From a virus: DNA of 64,000 nucleotides. Below the pieces are notes generated by a model. It was not told the origin of the DNA. It made no database searches and saw nothing but the letters and a program-made list of their open reading frames with translations. Made by a program: the position numbers and the translations under genes. How positions within the stretch are numbered: the first letter of the stretch is position 1; every line of letters begins with the position of its first letter. Below, piece after piece: positions 9,138 to 19,421 of the stretch. The stretch is from the IMG/VR virus record IMGVR_UViG_3300021197_001931, positions 97,720 to 161,719 of that record, one strand, 5' to 3'.

Positions 9138-12100
9138 ATGGCACATGAAGACGGACACGATGAAGCTGAACCACAAGGAGGCAACGTTGGCCTTAGATTG
9201 TCCGACGATCAGTGGATCGTAAACAATGGCTATTCAGCAGACTACACAGCAAACTCAATTCGTCAAAGTCTAATCAACAGCATTAATGAAGGCACAGCAA
9301 TTAGAAGGGGAGTTTTCATAACCTTGCAAGAGTGGTTTGATTCTGAGGTTAGGACGAACAATGCTCGGTCATGGTTTGCAAACGTATCAAATTTAAATAT
9401 AACAATAGGTGGATCTCCTGACTTTCGACTTGCATATAACGCGACTCAGGCCGTCAACAATGGAGACATAAGGCCATTCGTTGCGGCTGGTTTCTCTGCG
9501 AGGGCGACTGCAATTATAGCTTCAAATCCCGACTCCTCTTTTCGAAATGTAGCTAGAAATGGCTACGTCCACAATAGAATTAGAAATATATACACGTTTC
9601 CCAGCGGCCCAGTGCCTCGTGACATTGTGGAGCAAGTACAGGGAAATTTGCAACAATTTTACGCTGACTCCGAGTCAGAGGTTAAAACAAGAGAGCAGCT
9701 AGATGAATTTATAAGAACAAAGTTTGTAGCGATTCTTGAAACACTGGGGGCGCCTGGTGATATAAATCAAGATCAGCAAGATGCATATACCAGATGGGCC
9801 ACTGGTGATTCAACACTTACAACGACAGATAATTTTCAAGTTGCAATTCGAAATTATCTATATCAACAATTTGCATGGCTTTATTATACACTCAGGGCTC
9901 AACAATTTGTAGATCCATCTCTTGGAAACGACGGCACGCAATTAATGAGTGAAGTGTTGCTCGACATGGACCTGAATGGCCTTGCCGAAATATATAAAAA
10001 TGCCCGAATACGCGAGCTAGTCTCTGAGGCTCGTATTGATGCTACTGCAGATAATAGTATAGCCCAAGCTGCAGCGCGAGCGATTTTGGGCGACCAGGCT
10101 TTCGAGGACCTTACAGTAGTTGGACAACAGCTTGGCCTGATAGAAGAAGCAGAGACAGATGATATTGAAGAAACGTTAGAGGAGAATATAGAGGCACAAG
10201 TAGATAACACAAGAACAATACCTCCTGCGCAGTTGGCGCAACAAAGAAGGCTCGCAGAACAAGCATTTTTATTAGATTACTTAGACAGGTATGCCCTAAT
10301 CAATAAAAAAAGAGGCGAAAGATATGTTACCCCCGATGGGGATCCTCACTTCATTATGGTTCATGGTCCTACCGATACCATAGTAAATAAATTAATGTAT
10401 AACCCTGCTCTAGAAGAATTAGATTCAATCAAAACATCTGAGTTATCTGGCCTTGTACCAAAAATACGATTATACAAATCAAGTTACCTACCAACCGAAG
10501 ATTTTATTAGAGGTAGGGAAATAAGACACAACATACCTTTTAAAAGTTTTATAAATCCCCAAGAAATAGAAGACATGCTGACTTCAGATTTTGATAGGGG
10601 CCAGGGAGTTGGCATAAAGAGTTTTGAATGGCGTCTTGAGGGGCGAGATCCTTTTGCGGCCCGTAGGGATATATTTGCTAGGTTGACACTATTTTTTCAA
10701 ACTATGGATGAGTTTATAAAAACTCGAAATGCGCCAAATCCAAAGTTTGTTGATAATCAGCAAGATGTACCATTACAGGGCGGCGATGATCCATTTAGTT
10801 TTAGATATGTTGATTTAGTAAACATAGGAATGGCCCATCCTGAAAAGAATTTTATATGGGATCCAGACTATTACAAGATTGAGGCTGAAGTTGGTTGGCA
10901 CGACCCTGGTGACAGGGGAGACAGTAGCACTTTTTTAAGTGAGGGAACAAGAAACGCCATAAAAAACTCTACTATGGTTCTTCATTTGGCTGCATATGAC
11001 CACGAGATTGACATAAATGACGAAGGCAATGTAACTTTAACCATAGAATATCTCGCTTGGCAAGAGGGCGTTTATTTGGGCCCAGATTCCGATATTTTGT
11101 CAACCCCAGAAAGAAGAAGAGATAGACTCAGGTATGTCAAAATTTTAGCTGACAGGCAAAAAGGAAACTGCCCAGAACAATATATTGCAGATTTGCAGGA
11201 GGAATACAAGAAAAAAGTTAGAAGACAGAATACAGAGAGTTGGGGGAGGTTACTAAATGGATTATATGAAAACGATAGAATATTTTTTACGAAAGTAGAT
11301 ACAGACTTTTTGGATATTTACCTAAACGAGGGCCGTTCCGGTATTGTACAGCCAATGTTAGAAGAGCTTGGCCTGTCTACTCCTTTAGCTGAATTTGATC
11401 CGGCTGACCCCTCTAACACAGATGCGGCTGCTCCAGCATCCCAAGAAGAGTTGGAATCTAGGATGCCCGAGAGCGTAGATGGTGCTAATTTTGATGAAAA
11501 CGAGACTATTTTAGAGTCTTTAAAGGAGCTTCAATATACTCAAGATGACGAGAACTATCATTTACAATTTTTTTATTTTGGAGATCTGCTTCAAACTGCT
11601 CTAGAGGTTGTTCACTCTGACCAAACTCCCCAAGAGGACTCATATGGAGCGAGAAACAAGCTAAAAGAAAATATGAGAATTCTATTGGGCCCAATCAGCT
11701 ATGAATTAAACAGAAGAGTTACAGAAAGTGAGGCTCCAGAGAGTATAGCCTCTAAATACATACAAGAGTTAATATATGATATAAATCTTGCTGACATTCC
11801 TATATCTGTCCACTACTTTATTGATTGGTTTTTAACCAAGGTTGTCGCCCAAGAAAGAACAATATATCCCGTCCTGTCCTTCATCAGAGAGGTAACTAGT
11901 GACCTAATAGCTAACGCTATGAGAACACAAAGCGGAGCAGAGAGAAATGTAGCCAGACAAGAGCTACAGCTTAGAACAAATTTTTTTACTGCAGCTGGTT
12001 CTAGTAGAGGGCAGGAAGAGAAGCTGTTTCAATATCCATACTTAAATTCTGTCCCTAGCGGCGGTGGGGACTCAGTTTTTATAGAAGAGGACCCCTCTTC

Positions 12101-12755
12101 GGTCTTCACCAGGGTCAACCTGGCGGGCCCTGGTATAAATTTGCCAAGGCCAATACTTTCAAAGCCTCAAATAAATCAAAAATCCTATGATTATATGCTA
12201 GTTTACGCCATAAATACTGGGGCCACTGAAGACTTGGATGGTGATAGAGACAAAGACAGAGAAAGGGGAATTTACCATTTTGGCATAGGAAAACCATATG
12301 GCATAATTAAAAATATTAAATTCTCAAAAACAGATATTCCATTTTTAAGAGAAAGCAGGCTAGAGCAAGAGTTTTTAGGTCAATTGACTGGTCTAGCGGT
12401 TCTGGCGAACGTTTACAACGTTACTATAGAGTGCTACGGAACAACTATGTTCCACCCAGGCATGAAGATCTATGTCAACCCGCTTGGTCTATCTCCAAAG
12501 TTTGGCTCCCCAGTGCCCCGAAGTGGCAAATCGTCCCCCGCCAGCATTCTAGGAATTGGGGGATATCATGTCGTGACAAAAGTTCACTCCCGCATTGAGA
12601 GGGGCCTCTATGTAACTACGATAACTGCAATATGGGAGTCAGCGGGGGCTTCTTTGGCAGATTCGGGAACAAGTGTTGCTCAAATTGGTGAGGCTGATAT
12701 TGATTGTGTTACAACACGTAAAGAAATTAAATCACTATTGACTTCAATTTCTTAG
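9138..12755 (+). CDS. Large baseplate hub-like structural protein
   Basis: GVGIKSFEW and C-terminal YNVTIECYG...F.PGMKIYVNP..GGYHVVTKV.S resemble hub/late-control-D domains; position. Confidence 0.5.
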   Translation: MAHEDGHDEAEPQGGNVGLRLSDDQWIVNNGYSADYTANSIRQSLINSINEGTAIRRGVFITLQEWFDSEVRTNNARSWFANVSNLNITIGGSPDFRLAYNATQAVNNGDIRPFVAAGFSARATAIIASNPDSSFRNVARNGYVHNRIRNIYTFPSGPVPRDIVEQVQGNLQQFYADSESEVKTREQLDEFIRTKFVAILETLGAPGDINQDQQDAYTRWATGDSTLTTTDNFQVAIRNYLYQQFAWLYYTLRAQQFVDPSLGNDGTQLMSEVLLDMDLNGLAEIYKNARIRELVSEARIDATADNSIAQAAARAILGDQAFEDLTVVGQQLGLIEEAETDDIEETLEENIEAQVDNTRTIPPAQLAQQRRLAEQAFLLDYLDRYALINKKRGERYVTPDGDPHFIMVHGPTDTIVNKLMYNPALEELDSIKTSELSGLVPKIRLYKSSYLPTEDFIRGREIRHNIPFKSFINPQEIEDMLTSDFDRGQGVGIKSFEWRLEGRDPFAARRDIFARLTLFFQTMDEFIKTRNAPNPKFVDNQQDVPLQGGDDPFSFRYVDLVNIGMAHPEKNFIWDPDYYKIEAEVGWHDPGDRGDSSTFLSEGTRNAIKNSTMVLHLAAYDHEIDINDEGNVTLTIEYLAWQEGVYLGPDSDILSTPERRRDRLRYVKILADRQKGNCPEQYIADLQEEYKKKVRRQNTESWGRLLNGLYENDRIFFTKVDTDFLDIYLNEGRSGIVQPMLEELGLSTPLAEFDPADPSNTDAAAPASQEELESRMPESVDGANFDENETILESLKELQYTQDDENYHLQFFYFGDLLQTALEVVHSDQTPQEDSYGARNKLKENMRILLGPISYELNRRVTESEAPESIASKYIQELIYDINLADIPISVHYFIDWFLTKVVAQERTIYPVLSFIREVTSDLIANAMRTQSGAERNVARQELQLRTNFFTAAGSSRGQEEKLFQYPYLNSVPSGGGDSVFIEEDPSSVFTRVNLAGPGINLPRPILSKPQINQKSYDYMLVYAINTGATEDLDGDRDKDRERGIYHFGIGKPYGIIKNIKFSKTDIPFLRESRLEQEFLGQLTGLAVLANVYNVTIECYGTTMFHPGMKIYVNPLGLSPKFGSPVPRSGKSSPASILGIGGYHVVTKVHSRIERGLYVTTITAIWESAGASLADSGTSVAQIGEADIDCVTTRKEIKSLLTSIS

Positions 12756-12773
12756 TATGAAATAATTATTATA

Positions 12774-13991
12774 ATGGCTAACTTTCAAGGCAAAAACAAA
12801 CAAACTATAAAAAAGTTATTTTATGAAAGACTAAAATATTCATCACAAGCTTTTCCATCAAACGAAAGCCTAGTAGGAGTGATCAAAAACTTTCAATTTG
12901 CAGAAAGAGCAATGTATGGAAGAATGAATAAAGAACATATTGCAATTTCTTTAAATACGAGCGAAATGAAGAGCTTAAAAAGCACTAAAGACCCTAAAAA
13001 ACAAACTATGGTTGTAAATTTTGTTGCAGATGCTTTTGAAAACTTTATAATTGAATTTCAAAAAGCATCTATTTCTGGGAAACTAGACGCTGATGATCCT
13101 TACCTATTTGATGTCAAAGCCTATAGGGGCTTTATAGACCCAGTTAAGGGCTATCGAGATTACACTAGTAAAATTATTAATATTTTTAATACAAAGTTTT
13201 TAACAAAAGAGAGAAGAGAGACAATTAACGATTTTTCCTCTTTTTTTGTCTTATTTTCTTCATACTTGAGTGAGATCTCAGAATCGTTACCAATAACTTT
13301 TGGTTCATATATTACAAGCATTTATTCTGGAGCTTTAAACACGGGCCTAGCAATACATATTTCTGATTTAGATGCATCAAATGATTCTGTAAAAGAAGAA
13401 TTCATTAACAGCACTAATTTTCAATTCTATAAAGTGACTGCCGAAAAACATGGATTTTCAATAAACAAAAATGCCCCTTGGATTTTAACTGCCGACATAG
13501 CCAGCCCATCCATGCTAAGGTATTCATCCCGATACGGATTTGATAGCGAAGACTCTATACTGTCTGGCTATTATTACAAGGCCTACACGAAGGACATTGG
13601 AAATTTAAAAAGTCTGTTCTATAGGGCCTATAGCCTGTTAATTAGCGAAAAGCCTAAAAACATAAAAGTTAACGATTTTGGTATGAGAGATGTGACCTGT
13701 AGGGCCGAATTGTCCTTACAAGAATTTGGGGAAAGTTACCCTGACAGAAAATGGGTTGACTTTTACGTTGATATTAGATATGTTGAGCAACATAAACCTG
13801 TGAGTCTGGCTTTTATGAAAATCGTTAAACGAGAAGCAAAGTCGATACAAGCACTAAGTGGTACTGGGGCAGCTCAACAGTATATCAACACAGTAATCCG
13901 AGGATTTGACAATCACAAAGGCTCTTTTGCTCAAAAAGTTGCAAAACAGCAGTTCAAAAAAGATAAAAAAATAACTAAACCAACATATTAA
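12774..13991 (+). CDS. Hypothetical protein
   Basis: 405 aa ORF, no recognised motif. Confidence 0.6.
   Translation: MANFQGKNKQTIKKLFYERLKYSSQAFPSNESLVGVIKNFQFAERAMYGRMNKEHIAISLNTSEMKSLKSTKDPKKQTMVVNFVADAFENFIIEFQKASISGKLDADDPYLFDVKAYRGFIDPVKGYRDYTSKIINIFNTKFLTKERRETINDFSSFFVLFSSYLSEISESLPITFGSYITSIYSGALNTGLAIHISDLDASNDSVKEEFINSTNFQFYKVTAEKHGFSINKNAPWILTADIASPSMLRYSSRYGFDSEDSILSGYYYKAYTKDIGNLKSLFYRAYSLLISEKPKNIKVNDFGMRDVTCRAELSLQEFGESYPDRKWVDFYVDIRYVEQHKPVSLAFMKIVKREAKSIQALSGTGAAQQYINTVIRGFDNHKGSFAQKVAKQQFKKDKKITKPTY
13756..13784 (+). promoter_or_regulatory. Sigma-70 promoter inside the upstream CDS, facing the polA-like gene
   Basis: TTGACT-17-TATGTT. Confidence 0.4.
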
Positions 13992-15184
13992 TGATTTTCC
14001 AAACACTCGATAACAAAAGGGAGTGTGTCGGTGTATTTCTCAATGGAGAACTACATTTTGATAACGTTCCTGATAATCTTACTCGTACATGGTCTTATTC
14101 TTCGTTTCTAGAGGACTATGATGGTATCGAATATGCATTCCTGTATGCTAAGAGGCCCCTAGACGAGGCGTGCCCCAGACACTTGGGTGATGAGTGGGAT
14201 TCCATCAACAATCGCCTCAAAGCGTTTCTTACGGCCTTTAAGGAGTCTAAAATAGATTTGTCCAAAAACTGCTTTTTTGACCTAGTTCCCCAGAAGTTTC
14301 TAAAGCAATACTGCTCTGTTCGCAACAAGATTACTGAGTATGTGATAAACAATTATCACAAACCAGAAAACTACGATTTTTTGGTAAACCTAGCAAAAAT
14401 TACGCATGACATGAAGTTTAGGGATTTGAATATTGATAAAACTGAATTGCGTGACCTAATGCACGAGGAGAAAACTAGAAAATTTGCTTATAAGCTGGGT
14501 CACATCTCACATTCTTGCAATTATAATATTTTTGGAACAAAGACAGGCAGATTGACCACCAAGAAGAACAGTTTTCCTATACTTACAATGGATAAGAGAT
14601 ATAGAAAAATTATCAAGCCAACAAACGATTGGTTTGTATCTCTAGATTTTAATGGCGCTGAACTAAGAACTTTTCTAGCACTCGCAGGAATTAGCCAGCC
14701 AGATGTAGATGTACATGAGTGGAATCGCATCAATGCTTATAATGAAGTTGGTAGCCGGAAAGAGGTAAAGGAAAGGTTTTTTGCGTGGCTTTACAATATG
14801 GAATCCAAGGATTACCTTTCTCATAGAATTTACGGCAAAAGTAGAGAAAAGGTCATAGAAGAGTATTATCAAAACAACAGCATTACAAATCCCTTTGGCA
14901 GGTCTATTTCAGCAGACGATTATCATGCCATGAGTTATCTAATTCAAAGCACTTGTTCGGATGTTGTGCTGCGACAAATGATTAAGTTGAACAAATACTT
15001 GCAGGATAAGGATTCTTTTGTTGCATTTTGTGTGCATGATGAAGTAGTCTTGGACCTTACCGATGTTGAGTGTAAGCTAATCAATGTTTTGGTTGAATAT
15101 TTTACAAATACGCCTTTAGGAAATTTTAAAGTTAATGTAAACTATGGCAAGAATTATGGAGAAATGAGAGAATGGATTCAATAA
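13991..15184 (+). CDS. Family A DNA polymerase, polymerase domain only
   Basis: GTKTGRL, motif A LDFNGAELR, motif B K.RFFAWLY, LIQSTCSD, motif C VHDEV. Confidence 0.8.
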   Translation: MIFQTLDNKRECVGVFLNGELHFDNVPDNLTRTWSYSSFLEDYDGIEYAFLYAKRPLDEACPRHLGDEWDSINNRLKAFLTAFKESKIDLSKNCFFDLVPQKFLKQYCSVRNKITEYVINNYHKPENYDFLVNLAKITHDMKFRDLNIDKTELRDLMHEEKTRKFAYKLGHISHSCNYNIFGTKTGRLTTKKNSFPILTMDKRYRKIIKPTNDWFVSLDFNGAELRTFLALAGISQPDVDVHEWNRINAYNEVGSRKEVKERFFAWLYNMESKDYLSHRIYGKSREKVIEEYYQNNSITNPFGRSISADDYHAMSYLIQSTCSDVVLRQMIKLNKYLQDKDSFVAFCVHDEVVLDLTDVECKLINVLVEYFTNTPLGNFKVNVNYGKNYGEMREWIQ

Positions 15185-16005
15185 TCGGATTAGGTGCAGC
15201 GGGTTGTAGAATAGCTGATAAATTCTCTCAATACCCTCAATATGATATTTATAAGATGGATGTCGGCCTCAAAAGAACTCCAAGAACATATGGCATAAAA
15301 AAAGCCAGCACCCCCGAAGAGTTTGAGCAATCAATCGGCAGCCTTAAGAGATTCTTCAAGCCGTTACAGGGTGAAGTTTTATTTGTTGTTGGAGCTTCTG
15401 GCTTTGTTTCTGGTGCTTCTTTGAGGATTCTTGAACAAATAAAATCACACGACACTTCGATCTTGTGCGTTTGTTCAGACCCAGAATTACTAGGTGAGAT
15501 GGATAAGATGCAACAGCGCTTAACTATAAATGTGTTTCAGCAATATGCTAGATCTGGAGTTTTTAATAAAGTGGTGTTGGCCTACAACAATCAGCTTGAA
15601 GATATTTTGGGAGATATTCCAGTGATAGGCTTTTATGACAAGTTGAATGATTTACTTATTTCTACAATTAATATCATAAATGTGCTTGACCGCTCTGATA
15701 GTATTATGGATAATATTTCATCACCGCATGAGGTTAGTAGGCTGTGCACCTATGGAATCGTTGATTTTCAAACAGGGGAAGAGAAACTATTTTTTCCTGT
15801 TGACAGCGTTAGGGAAAAGGTCTATTATTATGCCATCAATGAGGAGAAATTAAGAGAGTCGAGCGATATTCGCAAGAAAATAATTTCTCAAGTTAAGGAG
15901 AATTCTGTTGACACGAAGGTATCATATGGAATATACTCTACTCAATACGAAGAAGACTACGTTTATTGCGTAGCATATTCTTCAACGATACAACAATTAG
16001 ATTAA
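15172..16005 (+). CDS. Tubulin/FtsZ-like (PhuZ/TubZ-like) protein with degenerate signature loop
   Basis: IIGLGAAGCRIAD N-terminal motif; GASGFVSG at the GGGTGSG position; YNNQL..YDKLN. Confidence 0.6.
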   Translation: MDSIIGLGAAGCRIADKFSQYPQYDIYKMDVGLKRTPRTYGIKKASTPEEFEQSIGSLKRFFKPLQGEVLFVVGASGFVSGASLRILEQIKSHDTSILCVCSDPELLGEMDKMQQRLTINVFQQYARSGVFNKVVLAYNNQLEDILGDIPVIGFYDKLNDLLISTINIINVLDRSDSIMDNISSPHEVSRLCTYGIVDFQTGEEKLFFPVDSVREKVYYYAINEEKLRESSDIRKKIISQVKENSVDTKVSYGIYSTQYEEDYVYCVAYSSTIQQLD

Positions 16006-16053
16006 CCAGAAGTTGGGGATATTTGCCCAATTTACTATACAAGGAGAAAAATA

Positions 16054-16809
16054 ATGGGAATCAATCTAGACAAAATGCGAGAGAAGCTTGCCGCAGTTCA
16101 GAACCGTGGTGATTCAAGTAAGAGTGCTTTCTGGCGTCCAGTGGACGGCGACCAGACTATTCGAATTATTCCAACAGAGGATGGAGACCCTTTCAAGGAG
16201 GTATATTTTCACTATAATGTAGCTAAGGGTGGAATTGTTTGTCCAAAGCGTAACTATGGTGATGACTGTCCGATTTGCGAGTTTGGATCAAAGCTGTGGC
16301 GTGAAGGGTCAGATAACAACGATGATGCTTCAAAGAGGATGGCAAAGAGCCTGTTTGCAAGGCAGCGATTCTTTAGCCCTGTAATGGTGCGAGGAGAAGA
16401 GCAAGAAGGTCCCCGATGGTGGGGCTATGGCAAGATGGCCTATGAGACACTTCTCAGCCTTGTTCTAAATCCTGATTATGGGGATATCACTGACCCAGAA
16501 GAAGGAACCGACCTTGTTCTTAGTTACGGCAAGCCACCTGGTGCTTCGTTCCCGCAAACAAAGATCCAGCCTCGACGTAGGACTTCTCTCATGATGGAAG
16601 ACGAAAACACAATTGCTGCAACTCTAAGCGCTATTCCGGACGTTGAACAGCTTTTTGAACGTAAGTCGACCCAAGAGGTCCAGGCGATACTTGACGAGTT
16701 TATGTCTAAGGACGTAGATGCGGAGGCCTCATCTTCGGAATCTGTTCACTATGGCAAGAACAGCGGAAATTCTGTTGATCAGGCATTTAAAGAGCTAATG
16801 AACGCATAG
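16054..16809 (+). CDS. Single-stranded DNA-binding protein (gp32-like)
   Basis: FWRP..G.QTIRIIP, PFKEVYFHY, CPK..GDDCPICE, DYGDITDP..GTD, acidic tail. Confidence 0.8.
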   Translation: MGINLDKMREKLAAVQNRGDSSKSAFWRPVDGDQTIRIIPTEDGDPFKEVYFHYNVAKGGIVCPKRNYGDDCPICEFGSKLWREGSDNNDDASKRMAKSLFARQRFFSPVMVRGEEQEGPRWWGYGKMAYETLLSLVLNPDYGDITDPEEGTDLVLSYGKPPGASFPQTKIQPRRRTSLMMEDENTIAATLSAIPDVEQLFERKSTQEVQAILDEFMSKDVDAEASSSESVHYGKNSGNSVDQAFKELMNA

Positions 16810-16860
16810 TTCAAACACATTTGACTTGGGGCCCAGAGGGCCCCTTGTCTTGGAGGGATA

Positions 16861-17976
16861 ATGGCAAGAGCGAGAAAAGTAAAAACTGGTAAGTTGTCAA
16901 TGGATGAGATGCGTGGCTTGATTAATAAGCAGGCTGGCTGCGAGGTGGCGTTTAATTTAAATGAGGATAATCCCACAGAGGTAGAGGAGTGGATCCCAAC
17001 TGGATCTAGGTGGCTTGATTCTATTGTTTGTCGAGGGCGTCTGGCAGGTATCCCGGTCGGTAAAGTAATTGAAATTGCCGGATTAGAGGCCACAGGCAAA
17101 TCATATATGGCTGCCCAGGTAGCAGCCAATGCTCAAAAGATGGGGATTGATGTTTTCTACTTTGATTCTGAATCAGCAATTGATCCAACTTTTCTAGTTC
17201 GATCAGGATGTGATCTGGACAATATGATGTATGTTCAGGCCTCATCAGTTGAGTTTGTGTTAGAAACCATAGAGATGCTCTTGTCGTCTAATGACAATAA
17301 GATGTTATTTATCTGGGACTCTTTAGCATTAACACCAGCTATTAGTGATATTGAGGGTGATTTTAATCCTCAATCTTCAATGGCCATGAAGGCTAGAATT
17401 TTGTCCAAAGGTATGGCCAAATTGACACAGCCGATTGCTAATTCGAAATCAACATTTCTTGTGCTTAACCAGCTAAAGTCAAACATTACTAGAGTGGCTG
17501 CTGAAGCTCTAACTACTCCATATGTTACTCCTGGTGGTAAGTCTATGATTTACGCCTACTCCCTTAGAATTTGGCTAACGGGCCGCAAAGCTAAGAAGAG
17601 TTTTGTAGTGGATGAGAATGGGTTTAGAGTCGGAAGTGAGGTAAAAGTAAAGTTAGAAAAATCAAGGTTTGGAACCCAAGGGAGACAGTGCACTTTCAAA
17701 ATTCTTTGGGGAGACGAGATTGGTATTCAGGATGATGAAAGTCTCTTTGAAGCTATTAAGTCTTCAAAGTACCTAGATCAACGTGGTGCCTGGTATGAGT
17801 TGGATATGGGCAACGATACCAAAGAAAAATTTCAATCATCAAAGTGGGTTGAACTTATGCAAAATGATTCGTTTAAGCAGAGAGTTCACAACATAATGGA
17901 TGAAGAGATTATTTTTAATTTTGAAAAACGAGAGGGAAGCGCAGAGGACTACTATAATATTGATCCCGAAGAGTAG
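16861..17976 (+). CDS. recA: RecA/UvsX recombinase
   Basis: IPTGS, Walker A GLEATGKS, YFDSE, IWDS, NQL, TPGG. Confidence 0.92.
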   Translation: MARARKVKTGKLSMDEMRGLINKQAGCEVAFNLNEDNPTEVEEWIPTGSRWLDSIVCRGRLAGIPVGKVIEIAGLEATGKSYMAAQVAANAQKMGIDVFYFDSESAIDPTFLVRSGCDLDNMMYVQASSVEFVLETIEMLLSSNDNKMLFIWDSLALTPAISDIEGDFNPQSSMAMKARILSKGMAKLTQPIANSKSTFLVLNQLKSNITRVAAEALTTPYVTPGGKSMIYAYSLRIWLTGRKAKKSFVVDENGFRVGSEVKVKLEKSRFGTQGRQCTFKILWGDEIGIQDDESLFEAIKSSKYLDQRGAWYELDMGNDTKEKFQSSKWVELMQNDSFKQRVHNIMDEEIIFNFEKREGSAEDYYNIDPEE

Positions 17977-17987
17977 TCTAAAAAGCG

Positions 17988-18037
17988 TTGACTTCACCCC
18001 CTCCTTGATGTATATTACATGCATATCAAGGAGGGGG
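17988..18037 (+). promoter_or_regulatory. Sigma-70 promoter nested in a 13-bp inverted repeat that covers the deaminase RBS
   Basis: TTGACT(17988)-17-TATATT(18011); arms CCCCCTCCTTGAT 17997-18009 and ATCAAGGAGGGGG 18025-18037. Confidence 0.7.
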
Positions 18038-18038
18038 C

Positions 18039-18434
18039 ATGGTTATTTCCGGCAGACACAAGAGACATATTAAGTTGGCCAAGAGGGTCGCATATCAGTC
18101 TGATTTCCACGAGTATCGTCATGGCGCAGTTCTGGTAAAGGGCAATCGTGTACTAAATACATCAGCAAACAAGAATAGCTATAAGCTATGGGGACAAAGG
18201 TTCCGCCACCGTGATTGTGGATACGCTACCCATCACGCAGAACTTGGATGTATTCTTGGCGTCGACAGGTCTATCACCCAAGGTGCAACAGTTTATGTAG
18301 CCCGTATCGGCAAGAAGGGGGAGTTTAGAATGTCTAAGCCCTGTTCGATGTGCGAATCAGCCATGAGACACGTAGGCATCAAAAAGGTTGTATACACTGT
18401 TGATGAAGAAGAGATTGGTTCCTTTAAGCTATGA
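18039..18434 (+). CDS. Cytidine/dCMP deaminase-family Zn protein
   Basis: HGAVLV, HAE, SKPCSMC, GIKKVVY. Confidence 0.85.
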   Translation: MVISGRHKRHIKLAKRVAYQSDFHEYRHGAVLVKGNRVLNTSANKNSYKLWGQRFRHRDCGYATHHAELGCILGVDRSITQGATVYVARIGKKGEFRMSKPCSMCESAMRHVGIKKVVYTVDEEEIGSFKL

Positions 18435-19387
18435 AGAGAGTTTTGATAATCGATGGCCTCAATTCTTATTATAGAGCTTATATTTGTGACCCCAGTGTTT
18501 CATCCCATGGCCAGCCTATAGGGGGTATAAAGGGGTTTATCAAAATTCTACAGAGAATGTGCCGCGAGGTAAAACCTGATAGAATTGTAATTTGTTGGGA
18601 TGGTCCTGGTGGGAGTAGAAAAAGGCGCACACAGAATAAAAACTATAAATCAGGAAGAAAGCCAATAAAGCTAAACAGAAATATACATGTTTTGTCTGTG
18701 GACGAAGAGCTAGAAAACAAAGTCTGGCAACAAACAGAGCTAGTAGACATGTTAAACGATATGCCGGTAATTCAACTTTTATTTCCAGAGGTTGAGGCTG
18801 ACGATATTATAAGCTGTGTTGCTCAGGCACCGGTGTTCTCAGGTTGGCAAAAAATCATTGTATCGTCCGATAAAGACTTTATTCAACTATGTGATGACGA
18901 TGTAATACTTTACAGGCCGTCACAAAAACAAATTTTAAATAAGCCAAGAATTATCGAGACTTACGGAATTCATCCAACTAATTTTGCCCTAGCTAGAGCT
19001 ATCGCAGGAGACCCTAGCGACAACATAAAGGGCGTGCAAGGCGTGGGTTTAACCACAGTATCAAAAAGATTTGTTTTTCTGAAAGAGGAAAAGTCTTTTA
19101 CTTTTAAAGACATATATGATTTTTGCGATGAAGTAGAGAAAAAACTTAAGGTTCATACGTCTATTTTAGAGAACAAAAAGGTAATAGAAAATAATTATAA
19201 ACTGATGCAGCTTTACTCTCCATCGATATCGGTCCAGAGTAGAAAAAAAGTAAATTATATACTTGAGAACGCAGACTTGTCTTTTAATAAAACAGCCATT
19301 ATGAAGACAATGTATGGAATAGGATTCGGCGAATTAAACTGGTCGGATCTTTCCACAACCTTAAGAAGAATTTCGGTTGAAAAGTAA
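18431..19387 (+). CDS. 5'-3' exonuclease / flap endonuclease (PolI N-terminal, T4 RNase H-like)
   Basis: LIIDG, YKSGR, EADDII, SSDKDF.QL, GDPSDNIKGV.GVG. Confidence 0.92.
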   Translation: MKRVLIIDGLNSYYRAYICDPSVSSHGQPIGGIKGFIKILQRMCREVKPDRIVICWDGPGGSRKRRTQNKNYKSGRKPIKLNRNIHVLSVDEELENKVWQQTELVDMLNDMPVIQLLFPEVEADDIISCVAQAPVFSGWQKIIVSSDKDFIQLCDDDVILYRPSQKQILNKPRIIETYGIHPTNFALARAIAGDPSDNIKGVQGVGLTTVSKRFVFLKEEKSFTFKDIYDFCDEVEKKLKVHTSILENKKVIENNYKLMQLYSPSISVQSRKKVNYILENADLSFNKTAIMKTMYGIGFGELNWSDLSTTLRRISVEK

Positions 19388-19421
19388 TAAATTTTGTGAC
19401 ATAGTATAAACAGGGGATCAA

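Noticed and set aside
1206-12755. Bacterial contractile injection system or tailocin rather than a phage
   Set aside because: It is contiguous with phage replication genes, tRNAs, homing nucleases and an early-promoter region
16827-16846. GC hairpin between ssb and recA as a terminator
   Set aside because: The stem is present (GGGGCCC/GGGCCCC) but the loop is very short and there is no real U-tract; its function cannot be assigned
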